64,000 nt of DNA from the human T2T-CHM13v2.0 reference genome, Homo sapiens: the NCBI RefSeq assembly GCF_009914755.1, contig NC_060929.1; one strand, 5' to 3'. Positions within the stretch are counted from its first letter, which is position 1, and the number at the start of each line of letters is the position of its first letter. Both the position numbers and the translations under genes were made by a program. The notes under the pieces are model-generated. The model saw nothing but the letters and a program-made list of their open reading frames with translations, made no database searches and was not told the origin of the DNA. Below are positions 1 to 14,375 of the stretch, in pieces.

Positions 1-589
1 AACACAAGAAGACTTATTTTCTATGGCTTGTCAATATGGATATCAGAAGCTTGATTGATTTGTGTGGGGATCAATTAGGTCATGTGTAAAAGGCTGATGG
101 ATTTCTAGACCTTGTTGCTTCAAACATTACATAAACCAGGTTATATCCTTCCCAGAAGCTGTAGTCTGGTTACAATTCAAGGTCTCTGTAATTAACTCAT
201 GACCCAAACTTCTTTCTGGTGGAAAATAGTGCTTTTCCTTTTCTCAGTAAGAAAGCACACTGGAATGATGAATTTGAGTAGATCCACTGAACAATAAGGT
301 CTTCCTAAGCTGATCTGTCCTATATCTGCTGCTACCAGTGCTGACTCATGGCATCAACTCTGGCAGCATTTCCTTCACTGCACCTTTCCATCTAACTGAT
401 CCTTGAATCTTCCTTTTTCATTTCCCCTTCTCTCCAGGACTCATATCCCTCCAGAGGCCCGCTACTTAATCTATCAGAAGCTCTGTAAACTCTATATTTA
501 GTATAGACTCTGTCTGGTTTACTTATCTGTATTTTCGCTATCATCCCCCTTGTTCAGGACAAGGGTGTGGGTCTTTGCTTCTCTCCTGG

Positions 590-1600
590 GCCAATACTAC
601 GGCTTTCTAATTGGAATCCTTGTTTCCCCTCTTGTGCATGCAATCTATTCTTTACACAGAGCTAGTCGTCTTTTTTTTTTTTTTTTTTAATGTGCATTGT
701 GAATGCAGCTGGAGGCCATTATCCTAAGCAAATTAATGCAGGGACAGAAAACCAAATACTGCGTGTCCTGACTTAGAAGTGGGAAGTGGGAGCTAAACAC
801 TGGGTACACATGGACATGAAGATGGGACAACAGACACTGGAGACTACTAGAAGCAAGGGAGAGGGAGGAGACAAGGGCTGAAATCTGCCTATTGGGTACT
901 ATGCTCACACCAAGGGTGACGGAGTTATTCATACTCCAAACCTCAGTGTCATGAAAATACCCATGTAATAAACCTGCACACATACCCCCTGAAACTAAAA
1001 TAAAAACTGAGATTATAAAAAAGTACATCAAATTATATATCTCTCCTGCTTTCCACTTCCATTTAGCTTAAAATTCAAATTCCTTAACCTTGCAAGATTT
1101 ATATCCTATCTCAATCTATGCCTCTTTCTTCTTGGACCACTGTGCTGTCTACTCTGATTTTTTTTTTTTGACTTCTCAGAAACACTAGACTTAAATCTAG
1201 ACCTGTGTACTAGAGTTTCTCTCTAACAGAGACTATCTCTCTGTTCTCAACCTCCTTCCCACCCCATATATTTATTTTATAGCTTCCCCTCCTTGACATT
1301 CAGATCATGTCAAATGATATAGCCCCAAAAGTCTTCCTTTGACCACCCAGTATACAGTAGCTATCAAGTCACTCTCAGACAAATTATCCTATTTTAATCA
1401 TTAACATCATATGATATTTTAAAATCTATCAATCTTCTATTTATCTAATCTGTCATGTATCTTTTTATTGTCTTCTTTTACAGAAATGGGTTATAGTAAC
1501 CTCCATGAGAATATGAATCTATCTTTAAGGTTCAGTGCCTAGAACTATGAGCTTGGTACATAGTAGGTGCTCAATAAATGTTTGTTAATAAATAAATAAA
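590..1600 (+). mobile_element. L2 LINE 3' portion, interrupted by an L1 3' end
   Basis: Ends in the typical L2 3' tail 'ggtacatagtaggtgctcaataaatgtttgttaataaataaataaa'; degenerate L2-like sequence on both sides of the L1 insert. Confidence 0.65.
700..1023 (+). mobile_element. L1 3' end (L1PB/L1MA-type)
   Basis: 'ctggaggccattatcctaagcaaattaatgcagggacagaaaaccaaatactgc...cctattgggtactatgctcac...aaacctgcacacataccccctgaaactaaaataaaa' matches L1 ORF2 end and 3'UTR. Confidence 0.85.
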
Positions 1601-2344
1601 CTTGTGGCATCTAGGCTAGTTATGATTCATCAAAGCTAGAAAGATGGGTTTGTTCATTTTTCTGCCAGGATCAAACAACCCTGTTATCGCAATTTTTCCC
1701 CAAAATACCTCCATTATTATCCTTTATTCTCTATTCTCACTCCACACCCTGATCTAACTCCATGTCACTTCCAGCCGGGAATCTGTTACCAGCCTCCTAT
1801 TTAGATTTTATAACCGTAGGCTCTTAATTCTTCAATAGATCCTGTTTTTATCATATTATTGCCATGAAAAAACATTAAAATTCTGTAACAAAAAAAGGAT
1901 TTATTAAAACACTATTAAAAGTGTGAAGGCAACATTGAAAGAGAACAAGGAAAAGAAATCACACTTAACCAATATTCTAATAAGATTGTCTTTCCTTTCT
2001 TAGTATTTATGTTCCAATCTATCCATTCATGAGTTATTTTTACATGGCCGTACATGTGAAAATAAGTGTGCACACACTTTTGTTTTCTACATTTTACTTA
2101 ATAGGTCATAAACAGTTTCATGTTACTTCGTAGTTTCCCTATTTTGCTTGTTATGGTCACATAATGCTTCATTGATTATGTTCATAATTAAATGTCCAAT
2201 AACAGGGAATGATTGGACTATTTCCAGTTTTTTCTTAATGTAATATGGCTATGAATGTTGTTCAAATGCCTTTTTTCTTTTCATTTTTTTTTTTTGGAGA
2301 AATTCAAAGTGGTAGGATTAATGGGCTATTGGTTATGATCATTT

Positions 2345-3225
2345 TGTCTATTTATCTGTCTATCTATCTACCTATCTGTCTCTGTGTATGTATATATATT
2401 ATATATAATTATAATATACATGAATATATTATATATAATTATACATCAGTATATAATATATGATTATAATATACATCAATATATGTTATATATGATTATA
2501 TATATCGATATATAATATATAATATATTATATATTATAATATATTATATATTATAATATATTATATGTTATATATAATATATAATATATTATATATAATA
2601 TATTATATATTATATATAACATATAATATATTATAATATATAATATATAATATATTATATATATTATATATATTGATATATTGATATATTATATATATCA
2701 ATATATATGATAATATGAGATATATTATATATCAATATATATTACAATATATGATTACAATATACAGATATATATTATAATCATATATTATAATATACAG
2801 ATATATATTATAATCATATATTATAATATACAGATATATATTATAATCATATATTATAATATACTGATATATATTATAATCATATATTATAATATACTGA
2901 TATATATTATAATCATATAATATACTGATATATATTATAATATACTGATATATATTATAATCATATATTATAATATACTGATATATATTATCATATATTA
3001 TAATATACAGATATATATTATAATCATATATTATAATATACTGATATATATTATAATCATATATTATAATATACTGATATATATTATAATCATATATTAT
3101 AATATACTGATATATATTATAATCATATATAAAACTAACATATTATATATGATTATTATATATAGGTATATATTATATATGATTATTATATATAGGTATA
3201 TATTATATATAATTATAATATATAT
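2345..3225. repeat. AT-rich low-complexity/minisatellite block with a 33-bp tandem unit (ATATATATTATAATCATATATTATAATATAC[A/T]G) at ~2740-3130
   Basis: Unit-ending G recurs at 2767, 2800, 2833, 2866, 2899 (period 33); flanked by (TCTA)n and (TA)n-like sequence. Confidence 0.95.
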
Positions 3226-3554
3226 CGAAGTATGTATGTCACCAATACCAATAAGATTTTATTGGAATATAGAATGTGAACAGATGTTTTAAACAAATAA
3301 TCTACCCTTACAAAAATACATGGCATTATTAAATAGTTAATAAAGAAATCTTAAAGTGTGATATGGTAGACACCTCTAGTTCTAGCCTAGGTGTGTGAAG
3401 TCCCCAGAGCTGTGACATGGCCCTGCAGCTGGGGTGAGGGGACTGCCTACAAACCATGTTGGTGATGAGTCCCCAAAATGAAATCAGCCCTAGTTTTTTT
3501 AAACAAATTCTAGCTTTCTCTGCTAACATGAAAGTTAGCACAATGAATCCACAA

Positions 3555-3675
3555 TACACACACACACAGTATATGTGTGTGTGTGTATATATATATACAT
3601 ATATATATACTGAATATATATAATGTATTGTCTGAACACACGGTATATATTAAATATATAATACATATATATATA
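3555..3675. repeat. (CA)n/(TG)n/(TA)n compound microsatellite
   Basis: 'tacacacacacacagtatatgtgtgtgtgtgtatatatatatac'. Confidence 0.9.
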
Positions 3676-5634
3676 GTGGTTTTGCATGAGTGTATTACTA
3701 AATTCCCCTTCAAAAGTCTTATACAAATTTTCAATGCTATAAACCATGTATAAATACAATAATTTCTCCTGAAACTTGGCTAGATTGGGTTTCCTCTGTA
3801 AAATTTTGGCTAATTTAACAGTTGAATTCTGGTTTTCATTTGCAGTTCTGTTTCTTAATTTTGAGTTGTAAAGTTGAATGTATTTCCATATGTTTCTTTC
3901 TTATTTGTTTTTCCCTCATGTGAGTTCAACTGTTCACACATTTTGTCTATTTATTAATAGAGGTCTTGGTGTTATTATATATTTATATTAACCCTTTCTT
4001 GAACTAAATTTTTGCCATACTTGTCTGCTTCTATTTTCTAACGTGGCTTCACCTTACCTCCCAGCCCCATTGACAACTGCTCTACTACAGCTGGTCAGGT
4101 CAGCTTTGCTGACTTGCCTCCACCAGGTTTCGGCAAGCTTGGTGTTTATTCTTATTGCTGCTCATGTTGCAATCTTGCTTCCTTCGATTTATGTAGCCAT
4201 TTTATCCCTTCTTTTCTAAGTCTTTTTACATCCACAAAATTCCAGTTGATGAAAACTTCCTTAACTTCACTCTGTTGACTTCTTCTCTTATAATCTATAG
4301 CAATATAGCACTTACAATGATAAAATCCAAGATTAGAGACCCACAGAGCATCTCTAATAGAGAGATGCATAAACAATTGACAAGATTCCCACTTTCTACT
4401 TTAACACTCCTTTAATGGTGGCTCATTCATAACTTCTCTCCCAGAGACTTAGGGTAACTAAAATCAGGTCAGAGTGTGTGGAATCACAGGTGACAGATCA
4501 AATATGATCTATGCAATGGAGTCCTTAGGTTTTTATTGTTTTAAATTGTTATCTTTATTGTAGTATTATTTGCTCATGATCAGAGAAAACATACATTTGT
4601 GATGTATATTTCACAATTTGTATAATTCATTTAATGTAATAACATTATATTTCCAATAGGTGAAACACATTTTTTTTTTTTGCCTCTGGCAAAGTAATAT
4701 AGCTCATTGGACTATTGTGGAAAGCCAATAGTGGTATGTGGAGTTATATCCTTTTTTCACCACTGCACTGTTCCCTGATACTACCTTAATTTATGTTTTA
4801 ACATTGGATTTAGTTTTGCCTTCTTATACATAATGGAAACATATCTCCTTCATTTTTTAACACATGCCAATCAGCCCTTCAAATATTTGCATATAATTAT
4901 CGGTGTTCTATTTCCAAGACCCTTTTTCAGGTTCAGCAGCTCCAGTTTCTTCAACTAATCTTTGTATATCATGATCTCCAGTTTTTATCCTCTCTTTCTT
5001 CTTCCTCTGGTCTTTCCCTCTTCTCTCTCTCTCTCTCTTTCATTTAAGGGATATCTTAAAAGAGTAGTACCCAAACCGAGGAAACCATTCTAGTCACAGT
5101 TAGAGCATTACTAATTGTACCAAAAATATGGCATTACTCTTTTTCCTAAAAATTGTGTAGTTCAGGACAGCATGAGAGGCATTTGTTGAACACTTTCTCT
5201 GATAAACATTGCGCTAGACACTGTTGTTTACATGGGTTTCACATGTTACTTATCTCTCACATTAGGATGTAAGCACTTTGACAGTAACCAAACAATGATC
5301 ATGTTTGTGACATCCCCCTTCATATTGTCCACAGGGCTGAGCCATGTAAGGTGCTCAATAAATACTTTCAGATTACTTGCTCATTTCTTTGAAGCTGTTG
5401 TGAGCTCTTTTAGAGACTGTTCAGAGGACTGACATAATATTGCATGTTGCTTTCTTCACAAATGCCGTCAACCAAAAGGATGGACATTGTTTTCCCAAGA
5501 ATAGAACAAGAAAGGGAAGCCGAATCTAGAAGGGAATTGAGGAAGAGTCATGTGAATGAAAACAGACCACTTTAAACTAGCCTTTGACTTCTAAATTTCA
5601 AAGATCAATCTGTAAAAAGGACTCAGCACATCTT

Positions 5635-5695
5635 TTTTTTTAATTATTATTATTATTTTTTAATTATACTTTAAGTTTTAGGGTACATGTGCACA
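5635..5695 (-). mobile_element. Extremely 5'-truncated L1PA insertion (~30 bp of 3'UTR plus A-rich tail)
   Basis: 'ttatactttaagttttagggtacatgtgcaca' is the L1PA terminus; TSD gcacatctt at 5626-5634 and 5691-5699. Confidence 0.85.
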
Positions 5696-5919
5696 TCTTA
5701 AAAAACAAAAATTTCCTGAAAATGAGCCAAATCATCTTTACTAATGTGAAAGTCTTCTATCAGTACATCCTATTGTTTATGGTGTATCCTGTCATTTACA
5801 GTTCTTCTACAAACAACATAGAGAAGGAAAACTACAAAGACTGCATCTGGAGCAGTTGAGCAAAGGGAACATGTCAAATTATGACAGGCAAGTAGAAAAT
5901 TCCTAGGTCAGGGAAGCCT

Positions 5920-6075
5920 GTGGTCACCTGGTCTAGCCCTCTCATTGAACATTTGAAGAGTTTGAGACCCAGAGAAGTAAAATGACTTGACATAGATCAT
6001 ACAAGTAGGAAGAAGGGGTAGAAATAATGTAGGATACAAGTATCCTGACTTCCATATAAATGTTTTCTTTAAAGT
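5920..6075 (-). mobile_element. MIR SINE
   Basis: 'tgagacccagagaagtaaaatgacttgacatagatcatacaagtag...tcctgacttcc' resembles the MIR core. Confidence 0.6.
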
Positions 6076-6802
6076 ACATTATACTGTTTTCCATGTTTTA
6101 TTTGACAATAATTTCTTATTTAACAATAAAAGATGTATAGTCTAATCTAAAAATCTAAAATCTCTCTAAAATCCAGTAATATCTCACTGTTAAAAATGTT
6201 CTAGCTATGAATGCCAGGCAGATCTGAAAGCCATGTATCAGACCTGGTTACTGTTGTGCTTTGAGGGTCCCTAGGGTTACTTGACCTTCATCATTGAACC
6301 TCAGGAAGCAGACAAGGGCTGCCACTAATGGCTTGTAAAACAGAAGCGGCCACACACTGTTGCTCAATAATTTACAAACTGAATTGGAAAGTGAGGCTTC
6401 AATAAACTTTAACTGTGAATACTAATGGCTGGATTTTTATAAGTTAGAAAGCACCCAGATACAGTTGGGTGAACATTTAGAGAATAATTATTTATTTCAT
6501 AGGTTTATACAAGTTCAGAGCGAATGATTTTCTCTTAGGGAAGCTGTGCAGCTGGGTTTTAGTTTTTTAAACTGGATGACTGGACTTTTTGTCTGTCTCT
6601 GGTATTAGTTTCCTCTTAGCTTTCAAATTAGATGATAGAGTAATCAGGTAGATTATGGACCAGCCATACAGAAGAAATAAAAAAATATATAAGATGGTAT
6701 TTGGCTTTTGGAGAAAGTTTTCAGTCAGATCTTGTTGTTATGTATATATTATTTGGTTTTCCATATCAATGCTGAGGATTTTCCTTTTTAAAATAAAAAT
6801 TG

Positions 6803-7102
<300 letters not shown>

Positions 7103-8386
7103 TTGAGTTCATGAAGAACATGAAGAACAAAAGAATTAGTTTCTAATAGATTTGCTGATGGCTTTCAGCCTCTCTTTCTGAAAGGGGCCAGCTTACATCA
7201 CTTAGTGTTTGAGGTGGTCTGAGGTACTCACAGGAGAGTGGTGACCTGGGATACAGGCCCCCTTTCTGCTCTTGTCACTGAGTGGACAGTCTAAGCTTGT
7301 ACAGGTCATGTGATTTCTCCCCTCAGGCTCAGTTTTCTCGTCAGTAAGTAGGGTATGAGCACTGACATTCCAGCATCCTCTGACCCATTGGAAGAGCCAG
7401 CTCATTCCAGGCAGGCAGGTGCACAAAGCTGGACCCCAAACATCTGAATGACTCTGACTCTGAATCCTGGAGTACAGTAGGCTGTAGGGAGCTGGGCTTC
7501 TCATCTCCTGGGCCTTAGAGGGAGGAAAGAGACTGTGATCCCATTGACCCTTGGGAGAATGGTTTTCTCTTATACATCAATGTCTTGGTCTTGGGGATGC
7601 CAAGGGTGGAGAGCGGTCATTGTCTTTTTTCTCATATCTCCAAAAAGTAAATATGTTCTGTTTTTTGTTAATCATTGAGTTACATGATAGACATGGAAAT
7701 ATCAAAGTTGAACATGCTTTTTGTTCCCCAAGGTTACTGATTAATGTTTTACATTATCCTCAAAGGCAATTTTTAAATTTAAATTGAAGGGATGAACATG
7801 CTTTTTATTTTCACATTGTAGTCCTCTACTTTCATTGTTTTTCCATAGCTAATGTCTCCCATTGTTTTAGCTTCTTTCTTTCTTCCACTTTGGTTTATTA
7901 GAGAAAATCTTGGTCTCCCACACCTCATATCCACACTTCATATTAGAAGACCTTGAACAGCTCTCACTGATGGCTAAAGAGAGGAAAATGTTTCTTGGCA
8001 CATTGTTAGCAGCTAATTAGAAAAGGTTTTGTTTTAAGTCTAGGAAAGGCACTAGATAATGATTCTACAACTTTTATTCGAAGTTATGTATTAGAGAAAT
8101 TTTAGCATTACTCTAAAGCAGATGCTATTGGAAGAGAACAGCTTTGTGTAGCTATCAAGTACATTTTGTCACTCAGGTTTCATTTTCAGGACTACATTAA
8201 AAAGGTCTCCATTTAAGCTACTTTGCCTTCCTGGCAGCAGCTAGTTTATACATGCTAGCCGTGGCAGTCCTGATAAAGTTAAATGTGCCTTGGATGTAAG
8301 GCAAGGTAAGGGGCTGGGAGAAGAGGGATATGGGGAGGTGATGGGGTAGATATTGGAGTTTCGGGACCAGAGTGGTCGAAGAAAAC

Positions 8387-8766
8387 TGTATTAGTGTGCT
8401 AGAGCTGTGGTAATCATATGCCACAGACTGGTGGCTTAAACAACAGAAATTTATTTTCTCACCATTCTGGAGAATGGAAGTTCAAGATCAAGGTGTTGAC
8501 AGGGTTGGTTTCTGGTGAGGTCTCTCCTTGATTTGCAGAGGGCTGCCTTCTTACCATGCCCTAACATGGCCTTTTCTCTGTATGTGTGCTCTGAGAGAGA
8601 GAGAGAGAGAGAGAGAAGAGATCTCTGGTGTCTCTTTCTCTTCTTATAAGGACACTAATCCTGTTGGATTAAGGCTTCACTTTTATTACATCATTTGACC
8701 TTCATTATCTCCTTAAAAACACCATCTCCAAATGCAGCCACACTGCAAGTTAGGGATTCAACATAA
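8387..8766 (-). mobile_element. MLT1A-type MaLR solo LTR with internal (GA)n
   Basis: 'tgtattagt...ggcttaaacaacagaaatttattttctcac...aagttcaagatcaaggtg...ccatctccaaatgcag...gttagggattcaacata'. Confidence 0.85.
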
Positions 8767-8999
8767 CCAGGACCCATATAGCCACCCTGGCCTCAACATT
8801 CCCTTGCAGTCGTGCAAAGGTTGCCATGGCTCTGTCAGTCAGTTGTAATCTAGTTCAGGGGTAACAACCAGATGTGCTTATGTTGAAAAACCACACCTGG
8901 GGGATAACCATACCCATGTAAGGGACTAAGGCCAGGTAGCCTTCAAAAGTCTCAGGAAATCTTCAGGATTGGAGAAATCCTATGTGAATTAGAAATCCT

Positions 9000-9296
<297 letters not shown>

Positions 9297-9964
9297 AGAA
9301 ATCCTCATTCATTTCCTGATACCTACATGCCAGGATGAAGATGAGGAACCTCACCAAGTGACCATGTCAGTGGAGGTGAGCATTCTAGAATAACCATTTA
9401 GAGTGTGCTGCACCATGCATCTAGTTCATCATATTGCTTTCCTCCTATTTGCCCCAAGTTTGGGACATCTGTTAATTTCAAATGAGGCCTTTTCATTGAC
9501 TCCATGCTTTGTGGGTGACTGATTACCTCATTGAGGGTGAGTTTGAGATTTAGTAATTCATTTTAGAAATAGGTGGTGGGAAATTAATGTCTCTTTTAGA
9601 ATATGTGGCAGCTAATTTATATAAATCATTATAACCTGCTGAGCATATACGTCAAGGTCTCCTACAGCCAAGATGTTAGATACTGCTAATCAGTCTTTTG
9701 ACACTTGGGAGATGGAGACAGTCAATCTATATTTGATGATGATTACTTCAGATATATGATGCAAGGCTTTTGTGTTTTCATCTAGATTTTAAAAGTATTA
9801 CTGAAATTGGGCTATAAAAGTGCCTCTCCTTGAAATAATAAAGTCCTGTTTATATGATATTCACAGCACATTCCTTCAATGACTTTTTGGAGCAAACCTA
9901 TTTCTGGAGGTTCAACATTATCTTAGGATAACACTCTCAGAAATAAAACTTTGATCAAGCATTA

Positions 9965-10720
9965 ATTCTTTGATTTGACACACATATATTGAGTGCTTAT
10001 TCTGTGTCAGGCACTGTGCCTAGTGTTGACAAGAGCAGACAGACAACTTGCTTATTTTTGGAGCTTACATTTTCATGTGGAAATAAACACTGAGCAAACA
10101 AATAAATACACAAAAGAAAGATCCAACAATAGTTAGTACTATGCAGATAATTAAAACAGGGTGATTTGAAAAGTGGTCAAGGGATGTCTTAAATGCTTAA
10201 GGCACCAGCGGTGCACCAATCAGGGGAGCGGTGTGGCAGGCAAGGAGCCCAGCAGACGAGAAGTTTCCACAGCTGGGACAAGTGTGGTGTGCTTAAAGAG
10301 CTGAAAGAAGGACATTGTTGCTGGACACAGAGGGTGAGAGGAGAGAGTGGTATAAAACAGTGATGGTGTTGGAACTAGACTCTGTAAGAGAAGTGGAGAG
10401 TTCAGATTTTGATCTAAGAACTGTGGAAAACCACTTGAGGTTTTTGAAATACCACTTTTCCTGCTGGCAGGGAGAAAGGATGGGAGAGGGACAAGAGTGA
10501 AAGCTGCAAGACATGCCGAAGATTTTTGCAAGAGGTCAGGCTGCGGACGAGAAGAATGGTTTAGACTACGGTGGTGGAATTGAGACTTGAAAGAAAGTCA
10601 TGGGTTTAGGTTGCATTTGGGTTATGTGTGGGTGGATGGTGGCATCTTTAACTGAGCTGGAGAAGGCAGAGAGAGGGGCAGGATTAGGTGGGAGTAGGGA
10701 AGGAGTGGAAACCAGGATTT
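9965..10720 (-). mobile_element. L2 LINE fragment
   Basis: 'acacatatattgagtgcttattctgtgtcaggcactgtgcctag...ggagcttacatt' is the antisense L2 3' end, followed by purine-rich L2 body. Confidence 0.7.
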
Positions 10721-10929
10721 ATGTCTTCCTTCATAGAAGGCATTCCTCCCCCAGTGTTTGATATTTTAAAAAAATCTTAAATTGTTCTTTTCAAAATGGC
10801 TTGCTACTAATCAATACTCTTGCTTTAAAAAGCAATTTAAATGTATTGGCTGTGCTCAGGTGTTTTATCCTCTTTGTAAGCGTTAAGATTATTGTATCCA
10901 ACTACACCTTGTATTCCCTGTCTACCAAC

Positions 10930-11770
10930 ATAAAATGACAAATGACCTCCATTGAAAATTCAATTAGAATGACATTATCTTTATTAATTTTGAGAAAATT
11001 AATCTTTTTAATATGCTGTCTTCCCATTAATGAACATGAACATGGTGTATCTCTCCCTGTGTTCAAATTTTGTGTCCTTTAATATAATTTTATAATTTTC
11101 TTCATGTAGGTCTTGTGCTTTACTTGTTAAATTTATTCATAAGTATTTTTTAGTACTGTTTCTATTTCAAACTTTTTTTAAAAAGCTATCTTCTTCCTTT
11201 AGGTGATTATAGATAAAATGAAGAAAAAAACTATTTCTTTTTTTTGGTATTTATCTTGTATTCTATGACTTACCAAATTTTCTTATTAATGCAACTAATT
11301 TTTTTCATACCTTAGATTTTCTAGTCATTCAGTTATATCAACAAAAGAGACATTTTTATTTCTTCTGTTCTATGTATACCAGCTATTTAATTTTTTTGTA
11401 TTTATTAGAACTTCTGAAACAGTGCTAAATAATAATAGGAATGACTAATTTTAATTGAAATTATTTTAGTGGCTCATGATTAGGAATATACTGTTGTTTT
11501 TTGTTTTTAGTGAATTATCTTGATTCTATTAATTTTATTCTACTGATAATTTTTATAACTAATATTTGTTGAATTTTATCAAATACATTTTTCAGTATTT
11601 ATTGATATAATATTTTTTCATTTTGTAGGTATGATAGGTTATATTGATAAAATTCCTGAATATGTTGATATATAGATTATGTTGATAATAAGTAGTTCTT
11701 GGTCACACAATGTATTAATCTTTTGATATATTGCTGAATACTATTTGCTAATACTTCATTAAGCATTGAT
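10930..11770 (-). mobile_element. Old L1M (L1ME-like) ORF2 fragment
   Basis: 'tcttcccattaatgaacatg...gtatctctcc...gtaggtcttg...ttgttaaatttattcataagtattt' is a decayed antisense L1 ORF2. Confidence 0.6.
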
Positions 11771-11855
11771 ATACAGTCGGATAAATCAAACTGGACAAAT
11801 ATGAATAAGGACATAAATGAAAATGAAAAATAAATGAGGATATAAAGAAATGTTA

Positions 11856-12157
11856 GGCCAGGTGTGGTGGCTCATGCCTGTAATCCCAGCTCTTTGTGAG
11901 GCTGAGGTGAGGGGATCACTTGAAGCCAGGCATTTGAGACCAGCCTGGGAAACATAGGGAGACACTCCACCCCATCTAAACAGAAAAAAATTAAAAACTA
12001 GCTGGGTGTTGTGGCACACACCTGAGTCCTAGCTACTCAGGAAGATGAGGTGGGAGGATCACTTGAGCCCAAAAGTTGGTGCTACAGTGAGCTATGATCA
12101 TGCCACTACACTCCAGCCTGGGTGACAGAGTCAGAGCCTGTCTCTAAGGAAAACAAA
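11856..12157 (+). mobile_element. AluJ
   Basis: Diverged dimeric Alu with J-type 'ggaggatcacttgagccc' and 'gagctatgatcatgccac'. Confidence 0.9.
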
Positions 12158-12159
12158 CT

Positions 12160-12620
12160 TAAAACTTTGTATTTAAAAATTTAAAATACAGCTTATAAAC
12201 TGGATTGAGCAGATACATAGAAAGACCCTTGTAACCCTCAAATATAATATACCTTTTCAAACTTATAATATTTGAATATTTATAAAGATTGATTTTGTAC
12301 CTGCCTATGAATTTCAAAAATGTCAATATTTTACAGGCTACATTTTTCTTCATAATCTAATGAAATTAAAATGAATAGTTAAGTATGGTAAAAAAATATC
12401 TATTTGAAAAATAAGAATCACATTCCCTGACAACCCCTTGAATCAATTTTTAAATCAAAATTATAAACTCTATAAAAGCAATGAAAAGGAAAACGCTTTA
12501 TACAAAAATCGATGGAACGTAGTGAAAGATGGATTTGGAAAAAGTTTTGTCTTATGTGCTTTCATTTTTAAAGAGATGAAAAAATCTTTAGAAAGCACCA
12601 TAAGAAATTAGAAAAAGAGC
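12160..12620 (+). mobile_element. Old L1M ORF2 (endonuclease-proximal) fragment
   Basis: A-rich decayed L1-like sequence, e.g. 'aatattttacaggctacatttttcttcataatctaatgaaattaaaa'. Confidence 0.45.
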
Positions 12621-13028
12621 ACAGATTTTCAGGATTTATACTTCATCACCTCTTTTTCTTTCCAATGTCCATCTTTTTGCATTTCTGTGCCGTGCTTTAA
12701 CATATATCTGCCATATGGTCTTCCAGACCTCTAATATGTGTCTGTAACTTCTCCTTCAATACATCCACTCGTTATTACAGTAGAAATTACAAGATGATTT
12801 TCTTTATGTTCAGAAAATGTTCCTTTGTGCTGTATTTGAATTTGTTTAAGTCCCTCAAAGAGCTCTTTTAATTTCCCTTCACTTATGCTTCAGCCATTCT
12901 ACTGAGCTGGGGTTCCATCCATTCTAACTGATTTTTCTCTTTGTTGAGCTGGCATGCAGTCTTCTGACTCTGGAGAGGAAGACTAGATCTGACTAGGTAG
13001 TGGGGGAAAGTGAGTTGTGTCTGGGCTT

Positions 13029-13070
13029 CTCCTTCTCCTTCTCCTCCTCCTCCTCCTCCTCCTCCTCCTT
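13029..13070. repeat. (CCT)n trinucleotide repeat
   Basis: 'ctccttctccttctcctcctcctcctcctcctcctcctcctt'. Confidence 0.9.
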
Positions 13071-14193
13071 TAGAATTGTCTACTCTCCTTTGACTTAATT
13101 ACATCTTGTATTAGGCATTTTGTTTTGTGATAGACATGGCAAATGTGACCAGCCAGTTTTCACCAATGATGGAGGCAACAATGTTAGGGACATGGTAGAA
13201 ATTAACCATGCGTACTAAGAGAGAAAAGATCATAATACATACAAGTGGTATTTGGAGGAGATGGAAGGTCGGCGTGTGTTAGATAGCAGGTAAAGCACCA
13301 TGGCAAATGTGGAACTTGAGATGGCAGGTTATGAAGAAGGAAGGAATAAAGTGAATGGGTGGAGACAAGTAGTCTTATGGAGAACCATTAATTCCAGGCT
13401 AGATGCTCTTGATCCTAGAGGCTTAAGAATATTTCTTTAATGTTTTGGTTAGGTGTTATAAAATCAACATTTAACAATATTAGTAAGATGGCCTGGAGTG
13501 CAGTGGGAATGAGATAAACACGTCTTATGGGTTGAAGAGGAGGACTCCAAGTTGCCTGTAAGGAATAAAACTTCGTAGCTCATGAATTCCATTATTTATA
13601 TCTATCTTTTCCTATTGAGAAACATCTATTTGATTTTATTAAGAATATAGTATTTTTATAAACCAAAATGGCATAGGAGAGGAGTTCATAGCAAGCCACT
13701 GTGACTGGAAGTGGTGACTGGAAGCGGGAGCCAGCGAGGGGAAGTGGATCTTATCCAGGGTGAATAGGAAAACAAAAGGCATTTCTAAAGCAGGGTAAAA
13801 AGAAGCGGAAAGTGGGAATCCAAGGAGAGCCATTAATTACAGGCTCTAGAGATGCACGAGGACCGCTTACTTTCCCAGGCTTGGGTTTAGTATTGAGCTG
13901 GTTCTTTGGCTGCCAGCTCCTTCTCTGATATCAGAAGGTTTTCAAGAAAGGATATTGGTTTTCTTTGAAAATAAATATACTTTCACGTATTCATATCACA
14001 GGAAAGAGAAAAGTATCAGGTCATAAAGCATCAAAGAATTACTTTATCATCTGTCTTACTCTATGAAGGGTCTTCAAAAATTTATGGAAAATGCATATTA
14101 TGAAAAAAGGATTGATGGATTTCATTTTTTTTTGCAACAAAATAAATGCATACTAACTTGTTATAACATGTCTGAACAGCATCTAAGGCACTA

Positions 14194-14355
<162 letters not shown>

Positions 14356-14375
14356 TTAGTCCCTATCAGAGCCAC

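Noticed and set aside
2740-3130. 33-bp periodic repeat as a CRISPR-like array
   Set aside because: Units are head-to-tail with no unique spacers, almost pure A/T, with no cas genes, in a mammalian context
4348-4368. 8-bp hairpin gcatctct/agagatgc and other tiny duplications (7110, 25220, 39680, 45776)
   Set aside because: Short enough to be common background
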